A stretch of DNA of 64,000 bases from NCBI GenBank assembly GCA_035250975.1, contig DATFEP010000063.1, positions 1 through 64,000 of the forward strand, in the 5' to 3' direction. Made by a program: the position numbers and the translations under genes. The DNA is from Nitrososphaeraceae archaeon (lineage in GTDB: Archaea; Thermoproteota; Nitrososphaeria; Nitrososphaerales; Nitrososphaeraceae). Positions 34,068-43,528 of the stretch are shown piece by piece. The first letter of the stretch is position 1. Every line of letters begins with the position of its first letter. A model generated the notes under the pieces. That model was given only the letters and a program-made list of their open reading frames with translations, made no database searches and was not told the DNA's origin.

Positions 34068-34559
34068 ATGATGTTCTTTCAAATTTTAAATTCATTAAAA
34101 AAATATGATAATCTGAATGAACGACTTCAAAAAACTGTAGAATACGTGGTAAAATATTTTAATGCATATTTTGCCCGGATTTGGTTTGTAGATAAAAATA
34201 GATCTAATCTTATTTTGAGATTTAGTGCTGGAAAATATACTAGAATTGATGGAGTTTTCTAACTTATCTCTCCATGATTCCCTACAACTAGGACCTGTCA
34301 TTAGGAGAAAAAAACCATTTGTTACTAATGATTTACCCCATGACGCCTTAACAAGACATCCAGATTGGGTTAAAAAGAAAAGCTGTTGTCTTTTGCTGCA
34401 TATCCTCTTCTATATAAGCAGCAAGCAGTTGCGGTTTTGGCTATATTTAGTCGAAAGAAATTTTCAACAATTGATTTTGAAATGCTAGGAATATTTTATG
34501 ATCAACTTTCGAAAGATCTTACAGGATTTTTTGAAGCTAAAGAATTCTTAACTAATTAA
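34068..34559 (+). pseudogene. GAF-domain protein with two frameshifts
   Basis: FARIWFVD..LILRFSAGKY..IDG / VTND..D....HPDWVKK / LSFAAYPLLYK..AVAVLAIFSRKK occur in three successive frame segments. Confidence 0.8.
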
Positions 34560-34772
34560 ATTATGATTTTTAGTGTTTGAATTTAGTTTCATTAAATAGT
34601 TAGCAAAAATTCTATAAACGTATATTGTTAAGGGATAATTTTAGAGCATTATCTATATTTTTGTTTATACTATAATTTAATATCTAATATGAGATGTGTC
34701 TTACTAATGATGTATATATAAAACGAATAACATTTTTTTAGATTAATCCCACTGTAAAAAAACAAAGGTATA

Positions 34773-34798
34773 GGATCTGTTAAAAAACTTGCAGATCC
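34773..34798. terminator. Inverted repeat downstream of the OsmC-family gene
   Basis: ggatctg-ttaaaaaacttg-cagatcc 7-bp stem between convergent genes. Confidence 0.3.
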
Positions 34799-34835
34799 AA
34801 TATATTGAACAATTCACTTCTACATATTTTTAATA

Positions 34836-35435
34836 TTAATTTTTATTTTCTTCCAAACTAACTTCTACTGGAGTTGGATGAGAAACAATATCAAATACTG
34901 GTGATCTCTTTTGTGCGAGTTGTACCAGTTCCTGTAATTTTTCTTTTGGCGCATCTGCCTTGATCTTAAATACAACCTTTATCTTTTCATAGCCGTTTCT
35001 TATATTTTCGTCCAATCCAAGGAAGCCATGCAAGTTCAGGTCTCCTGAAAATGATGTTTCCACTTCATCTATTTTTATTCCCTGTGCTGCAGCATGATAA
35101 ATAAGACTTGTTGTTAAGCAACCATCAAGTGCTGCAAATACATATTCAACGGGGTTTGCACCATGGTCTCCTCCTAATAATACCGGTGGTTCATCTTTTT
35201 CAAAGACAAAGGGTTGACTTCTTTTGAATGTCTGACATGCGCCATAAAAGTCGTTAATAGTTGTGCGACCATGTGCACCATCAATCCATTTACCTTTTGC
35301 TTTGAAAGTAAATTTTGCGATTTCAGGTTTTTCCTTAATTACTCCTACTGTCTCAAAGAGTTTGTTCACATTGACTCCATTTACAATTTGTTCTTCTTGT
35401 TCCTTCTTGGTTTTTTGTATATTTATTTGATTCAT
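34836..35435 (-). CDS. OsmC/Ohr family protein
   Basis: VNGVNV, DEPPVLLGGD.GANPVEY..AAL.GCLT, GDLNLHGFLG, SPVFD. Confidence 0.9.
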   Translation of the reverse strand: MNQINIQKTKKEQEEQIVNGVNVNKLFETVGVIKEKPEIAKFTFKAKGKWIDGAHGRTTINDFYGACQTFKRSQPFVFEKDEPPVLLGGDHGANPVEYVFAALDGCLTTSLIYHAAAQGIKIDEVETSFSGDLNLHGFLGLDENIRNGYEKIKVVFKIKADAPKEKLQELVQLAQKRSPVFDIVSHPTPVEVSLEENKN

Positions 35436-35439
35436 ATCT

Positions 35440-35495
35440 ATGCTATCATGATATCATTATATAAACGTTACTCATAAATGCTAGCATGCTATCAT
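35440..35495 (-). promoter_or_regulatory. TATA box flanked by two 18-bp operator-like boxes upstream of the OsmC-family gene
   Basis: atgctatcatgatatcat (35440-35457) and atgctagcatgctatcat (35478-35495) flank TTTATATA on the minus strand (35458-35465). Confidence 0.6.
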
Positions 35496-35880
35496 ATATG
35501 CAAGTCATACGAAACTTCATATGGTATCGGGTTCTATTAATTTAAGATAACTTTTCCAGCATCAAATTCAAAATTGAAATTATTATTTTTTATAGTATCA
35601 ATATATGTAGCAGCAACGAATTGTATGCAGTTATAAACATCAATGGGTCTTGTTCCTTTTTCATACGTAAGATAGTAATCATCAAAAGTTCCGATTCTAT
35701 CCTTAAAACATTAATTAATTGGTTTCATTAGACTTTTCTCTAAAGGAGAATGTAAATACTGTTCCAATCTCAATATATTACAAAGATCCTAGTCAGAATA
35801 AAATCGAATATATACTTAAAATAAATATTGACTATGATATCAATTACAAATTTATCTTATATTAAGGCGATAGTTATATA

Positions 35881-36495
35881 ATGGTAATTAATGATTATAT
35901 TATGAGTAATGATAACTATCCCCCTACATCTTATGATGCTAAAGAAATAAGTTCTAACATAAGCGACATATCAGAAGTCAATCCAGAAAAACACGAATCT
36001 AAAGAAATAGGAAGCTATCATATTTCAAAAAATAACCTTCCTTCTTTTAAAAGAATACTAGTTACTGACGATGGAAGAGATATATCAAATAAAGCACTTA
36101 ACTATGCTATTTCTTTATCTAATTCGACTGGAGCAGAATTACTTATTCTTCATATATTAGAAGATGTTGAAAAATTTGGAAATATTTCTGTAGAAGGTTC
36201 TCACGAGATATCGCAATTAGATAGTCAAGACTTCCATAGAAAGATCAAAGCTGATGTAATAGATGCCATGGAAGAAAAAATAAATAAATGCCAAAAAGCT
36301 GGATGTCAACATAAAGTTTCTTATAAATTTCTGACCGGAAATGTAGTTGATGAAATAGTGAATGAAATTAACAATAATAACTATGATTTGGTAGTTATGT
36401 TAACTTCTCATATCGATTCGTGGTTTAGATCCTTATTTAGTGACGTCAGGAAAATAATTAATCATATTAGGAAACCTGTTTTGATAATACAATAA
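35881..36495 (+). CDS. Universal stress protein (UspA family)
   Basis: FKRILVTDDG..SNKALNYA..L...GAELLILHI, G.VVDEI....YDLVVM, KPVLII. Confidence 0.88.
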   Translation: MVINDYIMSNDNYPPTSYDAKEISSNISDISEVNPEKHESKEIGSYHISKNNLPSFKRILVTDDGRDISNKALNYAISLSNSTGAELLILHILEDVEKFGNISVEGSHEISQLDSQDFHRKIKADVIDAMEEKINKCQKAGCQHKVSYKFLTGNVVDEIVNEINNNNYDLVVMLTSHIDSWFRSLFSDVRKIINHIRKPVLIIQ

Positions 36496-37348
36496 ATTCT
36501 ATACTTATTTTTTTTAGACGTCGTCTATAATTGGAGATAACTGTTTCTATATCGTGTGTAATCAATATATCTAATTTTATTCTATTTCATTTAGAATTAT
36601 TATCATTTAGATAGATACATATTAAAAGGACCTTATTTTTATAAATTAATTCCTTATTAGTTTCCTTTGATTGCCTGTACAACAAGATGGCATCGCATCC
36701 AGGACCACATATAGGTTTTCATCCTTTAGTGTTTTCATTACCAACTCAACAGCGTGCTTGACCCTTCCCGCGTGATCTAATAAGCAGTAGGCAATGAAAA
36801 ACATTCATCAGTATTCTATCTTTTTTTTGTTGCTCTTATAATATAAGATACTGTTATGTCTAAAGATTTGTACTAAATATTATAATATTATTTAATGATT
36901 TATTCACTGAAATGTTATTGAATTTATTAGAGTTGATAATACAATATCAAACAAATAAAATATAGATATAATATATCACATTTTTTAATTCTTTAAGTAC
37001 ATCTTCCTGTCATATATTTTTTGAACTTCGATTTTTGCAAGGATTAGATTGATTGAAATGTTTTTATCATATTTTTTGCTATTATTAGAATGATCTTAGA
37101 AAATTACCTTTTAATTAGTCGGAAGAACATTCCACCATTCAAAAACATTTTGCGTAATTCATTAAATAGAGTATTTTTCTACGTGAAAAATAAAGAATTA
37201 CATCTAATCATTTAGCTAAGTCAACTATCTTATAAGAAGATCTTGAAATTGTAATATTATCATTTCTAAAATATGATAGATGTTTACCGCTAGAAAGATA
37301 GAGAAAGGTATAGATCTATAGATAACAAACCTAAATAACTTATATACT

Positions 37349-37723
37349 ATGGAACCCATATATTACTATATGAAGAGAATAAAAAATAATAATAATGATC
37401 ATTATAATTTCTTATTAATTGATAATAAAAGTAGTAAACCTCTAATAATTGTAAAAGATTCTAATCTGCAACTATCTTCATCTTCACAATCATCATCTAC
37501 CAATATAGCAAATACAAAAGACGAAAGATTAGGTCTTATAAAAATTTCGAAAGGATTAGTTGAAATTTTACAGAGCAATGGTTTTACAGTTGAAATGATA
37601 TTAGAATATGGTCCGTCGCAAATTGCAGAAATTCTAGGAATAGATGTCTATATTGGAAAAATAATATATGACGAGACTAAAAAAATAACTAGTAATATAA
37701 ATCCTAATTCTTTAATCAATTAA
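37349..37723 (+). CDS. hypothetical protein (C-terminal HhH/HTH-like segment)
   Basis: GLVEILQSNGFTVEMILEYGPSQIAEILGIDVYIGKII. Confidence 0.6.
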   Translation: MEPIYYYMKRIKNNNNDHYNFLLIDNKSSKPLIIVKDSNLQLSSSSQSSSTNIANTKDERLGLIKISKGLVEILQSNGFTVEMILEYGPSQIAEILGIDVYIGKIIYDETKKITSNINPNSLIN

Positions 37724-37859
37724 ATGAATAAATTATCAAAAAAAAAGAACAATAACCAAAACAAAAATTGAAAATATTCGCAATCCCTTTTTGCACGACT
37801 CATTATTCCATATAATTAGATTACTTGTTACTGTCATACTGTACAGTTAACTGTGAAAG

Positions 37860-38460
37860 AAATACAGTCATTCTCTGGTAAAAGAGAAAAGATATTGAAT
37901 TTGTTTTTATAGATTACTGGGATCTCGGATTAGAAAAGATAAAGAAGATAAAGAAGAAATTAGAAGGTCGGTATATCCATATTCATTTTCAGGACATTTG
38001 GGTTCATGAGAGCATACATATTTCACTTATCCAACAGACATAAAGAAAGTGTATTCATACCATTAATACAATTCAGTATCATGATTTCCAGATTAAAGCA
38101 GAACTTGCAGAAAAATAAAATGACTCGACATCAATATTTATTTGGATGCCACCAGATCTAATTTAGATGATAACTGTTTTGTAATAGTAATTGATTCTAC
38201 TGTTATGAAGGCGGATACAGGGGAGAATGCATACGTCACTAATGCAATGTTAAGAAAGGACATCTAAAGATACATGTAACAGTTGACATCAAAAGAAAGA
38301 GAATCCTATCATTAAAAGTAACTAGTAAACAAATACATGACGGAAAGATATTACTAAAAGCCATAAATGATATTACTATAAAGAATAACAAGATAGTAGA
38401 TACTGGTATTATGGGTAGCTCGCATTAAGATAACAAGAGGAATAGTTTTAAACATTTATC
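37860..38460 (+). mobile_element. IS5-family (IS903 group) transposase remnant, N-terminal two thirds
   Basis: Fragments FIDYWD, MRAY.FHL, VIVIDST, KKGHLKIHVTVDIKRKRILSLKVTSKQIHDGKILL match the IS903-group DDE transposase; many stops and frameshifts; borders approximate. Confidence 0.8.
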
Positions 38461-38730
38461 TCCCAGGTTTCTTTTGTCGCTTTAACATTAGGATAAACAT
38501 CTAGTAATTCTAGGTATTATGTCACTTATCTCCTTTCTCGTAATTTTATATTAAATTACTGATTAGTTATAGATCTTCCTATTTGTACTGTGATCAAGAC
38601 ATTATTCTTTAATTCTGTCTAACCAGTAGTTTATCAAAGGCAAAAGACTGGTTTGACGATCTATGAATAGCACTGTTTTTATCCTGCGACGGTCTTTCGT
38701 ATTGAAAAGTAATAATTTAAGAAAAACCTA

Positions 38731-39207
38731 TTATTGAAATATCCATTCATAACCTAAACTTCTAAATTCCTTGTCATTTTTATTGAAGGATCCTTCCAAT
38801 AAACATACTAGACCATTAATCCAAGATAACTTTTGAGAATTAGTAAAATATGTTCTAAGGACGACAAATTTATCGCTTTTATTCATATCACGACCTTTAA
38901 ATGTTAATTGTTCTTTATCTTCATTTATAGTGAAAACACCTTCCCAATCTGAAATAATTACTCCATTCTTTCCTTGAAAGGAATTTCCTGAACCTACAAT
39001 TTTTCCATCAGGAAAACCGTTGTAACCTTTTACTACTCCATTCCAGCTCCCTTCACTTTCTATTCCGTAAGAATTTTCATACACTATTTTATAGCCGATC
39101 GGTTTATCAATTTCATCAAATAATTTTCTCCCTATAACCATCTGAATAATCAAATCATCCTTAGATTTCAATATTTTGAACACTAAAGTAATGAGTTGTT
39201 CCAACAA
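38731..39207 (-). CDS. hypothetical beta-rich protein (start probably MVIGRKLF)
   Basis: 158-aa ORF with Gly/aromatic-rich beta-strand pattern ending GYEW. Confidence 0.65.
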   Translation of the reverse strand: MLEQLITLVFKILKSKDDLIIQMVIGRKLFDEIDKPIGYKIVYENSYGIESEGSWNGVVKGYNGFPDGKIVGSGNSFQGKNGVIISDWEGVFTINEDKEQLTFKGRDMNKSDKFVVLRTYFTNSQKLSWINGLVCLLEGSFNKNDKEFRSLGYEWIFQ

Positions 39208-39234
39208 ATAAAATATTTGTATTTACATAACCGT

Positions 39235-39264
39235 AAATCCGCTTTTTAGGCCAAATTTGGTTTA
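39235..39264 (+). repeat. Repeat type B, copy 5 (3'-truncated)
   Basis: aaatccgctttttaggccaaatttggttta; nearly identical to the reverse complement of 45861-45890. Confidence 0.8.
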
Positions 39265-39457
39265 GAAGTAGCTAATACGAATACAAAAATGTCTTAAATC
39301 CATTGATCTTATCATACCAATTTGAAAATCAAAAATAAGGATAAGATAAAAAATAGTAATTATTTTATATATTTATCTTTATAAATATTACAAGGCTGAA
39401 TATACTACGTCTATTATTGTTGGACTGGATGATTTAACGAAAGCTAGAATAGTACAT

Positions 39458-39787
39458 ATGATTCTTGGTAAAAAAACAGAAGAAGCGTTACAAAATCTGA
39501 GCAGATTCTATAAAGTTACACCACCTGCAATAGCTGTTGGAACTATAAAAGGGAAAAGAAAGACGGTATATGCAGTGTATGTCCAAAGAGAAAGCACGAT
39601 TTATTGTATAAACTCCGATGTGTTTTATAATCCATTTATAGTGTTACATGAGTTTTATCATCATATAAGAACAAGAAGCGGTGTTCACAGAGGGTCGGAG
39701 AAGTATGCCAACATGTATGCAAAAAGTTTCATTGACTCTTATAAAAAAATAACAAATCAAATAACAAAACAAAATCAGGAATACTAA
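39458..39787 (+). CDS. Small HExxH zinc-metallopeptidase-like protein
   Basis: IVLHEFYHH..H.GSEKYAN. Confidence 0.75.
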   Translation: MILGKKTEEALQNLSRFYKVTPPAIAVGTIKGKRKTVYAVYVQRESTIYCINSDVFYNPFIVLHEFYHHIRTRSGVHRGSEKYANMYAKSFIDSYKKITNQITKQNQEY

Positions 39788-40053
39788 CATATTTTCATAT
39801 AATTGGCTTTAAAATTAGTTATGAATTGACTTGCAAAATGGCTGACCTATTTTGATAGAGCAATTCTAATTTCACTGCCATGTACAGCAAAAAAATTACA
39901 GGATAATAAAGATATTTCAAAGTTTCAACTTCAAATATTGAATTTCTAGATTTATACAAGGAATATGAATGATTAGGATCCACCTATAAATTTATTACAT
40001 ATAATTCGTTAGTACGTTAAAATCATCTAAATTTATTAAAATAAGTTCTTCTT

Positions 40054-40401
40054 TTATCTAGGAGTATAAAATATTATTATTGATCCCAAAACAGCGACAA
40101 ATGAACCAATTATCTCGTACCTATCAGGTTTCTTTTTTTCCACCGTCATACCCCATAAAATAGACGAGATGATAAAAATTCCTCCATATGCTGCATATAC
40201 TCTCCCAAATTCAGCAGGTTGAAATGTCGGAACGATGCCGTATAGAAACATAATAATACCTCCAACTATACCTAGCATATATGTTTTCTTTTTACGTAAC
40301 CATATCCATACTAGATATCCTCCTCCTATCTCAGCAATTGCTGCAATAATAAAAAGTATGAAGGGAACTATGATGGAGGAAATTACTATGACTTGGTCCA
40401 A
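40054..40401 (-). CDS. ynfA: YnfA (UPF0060) family SMR-like membrane protein, copy 2
   Basis: AEIGGGYLVW.WLR, PTFQP..FGRVYAAYGG, PDRYEIIG. Confidence 0.9.
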   Translation of the reverse strand: MDQVIVISSIIVPFILFIIAAIAEIGGGYLVWIWLRKKKTYMLGIVGGIIMFLYGIVPTFQPAEFGRVYAAYGGIFIISSILWGMTVEKKKPDRYEIIGSFVAVLGSIIIFYTPR

Positions 40402-40751
40402 ACTTGCTCACCTTTCCTAGGTGCATAATATATTATTATTACACCTACCAATGCAATAGAAGCACCTATTATATCGTACATATCTGGAGCTATTCCTTGA
40501 AAGAGCCATCCCCAAAGTAATGACATAACTATGAAGATTCCCCCATATGCTGCATAGATTCTATGAAAAAATGATGGTTGAAAAGTAGGAACAACTGCAT
40601 ACAAAAAAAGAATAAAGCCGCCTAAGGCTCCAAGTATCCAACTCATGTCATCTCTCAACCAAATCCAAATAAGATATCCTCCTCCTATCTCAAAAAGTCC
40701 AGCAAGAAAAAAGAAAAGTAAAGTTATCAAAATTTTATTAAATTTAATCAC
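40386..40751 (-). CDS. ynfA: YnfA (UPF0060) family SMR-like membrane protein, copy 1
   Basis: FEIGGGYLIW.WLR, PTFQP.FF.RIYAAYGG, PDMYDIIG; overlaps copy 2 by 16 bp. Confidence 0.9.
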   Translation of the reverse strand: MIKFNKILITLLFFFLAGLFEIGGGYLIWIWLRDDMSWILGALGGFILFLYAVVPTFQPSFFHRIYAAYGGIFIVMSLLWGWLFQGIAPDMYDIIGASIALVGVIIIYYAPRKGEQVWTKS

Positions 40752-40899
40752 TTAAATCGTTGGTTTTGCTTGATTATTAAAAATTTGGTTATTGACAGTG
40801 CCTTAATCATTATAAATAAATATCATGAAACTAGAGATAAACGGATTGTAATAGTAACTACGAGAAATTAATTAATTAATTAAAAGAAGAAACCAGTAA

Positions 40900-41100
40900 A
40901 AAAGTTCTAAAAATACGTTTGCCCCTCCATCCAGTGTATTCACAGTATTCAAGCCGTCACAAGGTTTAGACTTCCTATTATCGCATTTCTCCGGTCCAGA
41001 ATTCCCAAGAACAATAATGACACCAATGGTAAAGCAGAAGGAAGTATATTCAAAGGAACAGGCACTGCAGTATTTTACAAAGAGGTTAAGAGGAGGATAA
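40900..41100 (+). pseudogene. 5'-truncated ORF whose end duplicates the primase N-terminus
   Basis: Frame reads ..SQGLDFLLSHFSGPEFPRTIMTPMVKQKEVYSKEQALQYFTKRLRGG*, vs primase QAGLDFLLSHFSSPLFPRTISTQK..VSSREEALSYY. Confidence 0.7.
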
Positions 41101-41109
41101 AAAATAATT

Positions 41110-42234
41110 ATGATGTTGTCGTCTAGTCAGCAGGAACGGCAGAAACAACAAGAAGAAGAGATACAAGCAGGGCTAGACTTCCTACTTTCCCATTTCTCCA
41201 GTCCACTGTTCCCCAGAACAATATCAACACAGAAAACCGTGGATAGCCAGATACCAGTAAGCAGTAGGGAAGAGGCATTAAGTTATTACAGAAAATCAGA
41301 ATTCAAGGATTGCAAGATTAACGCCTTTTACTATTCCAAGTTGGAAGATACCACAATAGGGGGTTTATTCTGGCATCCAGATTTAATATTCATTGATTTA
41401 GATTTACAGGATTTTAAGAGTGAAAAGGCATTACAGTTTGCACTTTCCAAGACTTTAAAGAATATTGCCGATAAATTGGGTAGTAATTCTGCAGTTCCTA
41501 CCGTACTTCACAGCGGTGGAGGTTACCACGTCATACAACCGGTAGACTGTCCGGTACCATTAGAGAGTATCCAGGATGTAAAAGAGTTCAGGGAGATTCC
41601 AAACCCTTCAGAAATATTTTTGAGGTTTGCCAAAGAGTTTCTATCGAATGGAAAGGCAGACAAGAAGAATAATCCTTCCTTCAAATCCTGCATGTTAAGG
41701 ATTCCAGGTTCCATTAATTCCAGACGTAACGGCAAGAAGGTTAGGATTATTCAACGTTGGAACGGATACAGGCCACGAATAACGAAAGAGTTGATAATAG
41801 AGTTCCAGGGCTGGTTGATACAGAAGAAGATAGACAAAAGGATAGAACAGGAAAAAATAGACAGGGAGAGACAAGTAAGAAGGAAGGAATTATCTGCAGG
41901 TTACAATATCAATTATTATTACGAGTGGATAGAAAAATTATTAGATACAGGAATAGAAGACTGCAGGAAAACATGTGTAGGTTTGATTCTAGCACCCTAT
42001 CTTATTCATGTGAAGGGATTATCGTTTGAGATTTCCAGACAAATAATCAAAAACTGGTTACAGAAATGTGACTCGCTTAGGAAGCTAGATAGAGGTTTTG
42101 ATTCCAGAATAAGAGACGCATTGAGAAGTTCACAAAGGAACAAGATAGGACCAATGAGTAGGGAGAAGATAAAAGTCGATTCCACGTATAATACATTATT
42201 AAATTTGCTGGTTAGCAAGGGGGTTTTGGATTAA
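41110..42234 (+). CDS. Archaeo-eukaryotic primase (AEP) catalytic domain fused to a PriX-like C-terminal domain; mobile-element replication protein
   Basis: Motif I FIDLD, motif II SGGGYH, RIPGSINS; C-terminal YEWIEKLL.TGIED.RK....LILAPYLI.VKGLS...II..WL.KC typical of PriX. Confidence 0.8.
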   Translation: MMLSSSQQERQKQQEEEIQAGLDFLLSHFSSPLFPRTISTQKTVDSQIPVSSREEALSYYRKSEFKDCKINAFYYSKLEDTTIGGLFWHPDLIFIDLDLQDFKSEKALQFALSKTLKNIADKLGSNSAVPTVLHSGGGYHVIQPVDCPVPLESIQDVKEFREIPNPSEIFLRFAKEFLSNGKADKKNNPSFKSCMLRIPGSINSRRNGKKVRIIQRWNGYRPRITKELIIEFQGWLIQKKIDKRIEQEKIDRERQVRRKELSAGYNINYYYEWIEKLLDTGIEDCRKTCVGLILAPYLIHVKGLSFEISRQIIKNWLQKCDSLRKLDRGFDSRIRDALRSSQRNKIGPMSREKIKVDSTYNTLLNLLVSKGVLD

Positions 42235-42254
42235 GAAGATTAACGACAATTACA

Positions 42255-42404
42255 ATGGATACTGCATTAATGGGACTCATCATTGGAGGGGAAGTCTGTA
42301 TACTGATAGCAGTTACCAAAATATGGAAATCATTGAAGGAACGTAAGAAAATGAAGAAGAATGATAATAATAACAACCATTATGATAAATATGATACTAA
42401 TTAA
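42255..42404 (+). CDS. 49-aa single-TM protein (below the ORF-track cut-off)
   Basis: MDTALMGLIIGGEVCILIAVTKIWKSLKERKKMKK..; hydrophobic helix then basic cluster; 20 bp after the primase stop. Confidence 0.5.
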   Translation: MDTALMGLIIGGEVCILIAVTKIWKSLKERKKMKKNDNNNNHYDKYDTN

Positions 42405-42454
42405 AAGTTGAGATTATAAAAACGCGAAAATCAAACCGTATTGGATTCAATGAT

Positions 42455-43081
42455 GGGATCCCATCAACAATTACAAATGCAGGTGCACAATTGTAGGGAG
42501 ACCAGTATGGATATGATGATAACCATCCAAAAAAGAATTCTCATACAGATGTCCAGAAAATAAAGTGTGTAAACAGTAACATGAATTTCAACCGTATAGA
42601 TATTACCCAGATACCTCAAGACGGTCCTGGCGTAGCAGCAGCAAATGAAGGAGGAGGAACAGCAGAAGCAGCAAATACACAAAATGGTAACGGACTTGCA
42701 GATGGAATAAACTTCGAGAAGAACCTAGTAAATATATGTGTAAATGTAAATCATAATGAACATATTAAAGTTAGTGCTCCAGAAGAACAACCATGTGAAG
42801 AATGTTTTTCAATTTTAAGTAAGCAAGTTATCGGAAACGTATTGAGTACTATTGACTCTATTCTTAACAATTTAGAAATAGATGCACAAATAAATACACT
42901 TGCCGATCTTTGTGAATTTCTGGAGACATCCACAGCAATATCATCCAAAGTAAAATGGCAAATCCTAAACACACCACTAGGTAGTGAATCATTACCTCGT
43001 GGGACCATTGATAATATACTACTATGCTTGGAAGATTTGGGAATAATTTGTAGAGCCAGCGTAATTCAGGTAGAAACCTAA
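42455..43081 (+). pseudogene. Secreted Cys-containing protein with disrupted 5' part (ORF 42581..43081 is the remainder)
   Basis: Same frame extends upstream as GDQYGYDDNHPKKNSHTDVQKIKCVNSN, preceded by an in-frame TAG after ..ITNAGAQL; signal peptide eroded. Confidence 0.55.
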
Positions 43082-43111
43082 CCCTCTTTTTTCTTTTTTG
43101 AGACTTTAACC

Positions 43112-43528
43112 AATTAATCTATTACTCTAGCGATATAGCGTATTTTAAACTGTTATGTTATTGTTGACTCTTCTGGTCCTACCTCTTCTGTCTTCTTATA
43201 TTAAGATATAACCATAACGCAATCAATGATAAGCCAATTACTATGAAGATAAGAGATATTCTTGTGCCAGCCCCTATTGTGATCAAAAATATACCAAATG
43301 CTATAATGACAAGACCATAAATTAATATCCAAAGTGGAGGATGACGATTATTAGTATTCAATTTATCAATTAGCCATTTTTAAATCATGATATATTTTTG
43401 TTCCTAGTACTACTGCTATGGAATAAGAGTAAGAGTTTGAGTTTCTATCTATCTATCTATTAAAATATAATTATTGAATATTAAAAAAATAAATAAATAA
43501 ATAAATTAATCTATTACTCTAGTGATAT
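43112..43528 (+). repeat. 25-bp direct repeat pair (43112-43136, 43504-43528) bracketing a small membrane-protein gene
   Basis: aattaatctattactctagCgatat / aattaatctattactctagTgatat, 24/25 identical. Confidence 0.8.
43179..43361 (-). CDS. 60-aa two-TM membrane protein
   Basis: Two hydrophobic helices, basic C-terminus RRQKR. Confidence 0.6.
   Translation of the reverse strand: MNTNNRHPPLWILIYGLVIIAFGIFLITIGAGTRISLIFIVIGLSLIALWLYLNIRRQKR

Noticed and set aside
43444-43506. (TCTA)n and (AAAT)n microsatellites as contingency loci
   Set aside because: Only 4-5 units in very AT-rich DNA; not distinguishable from chance
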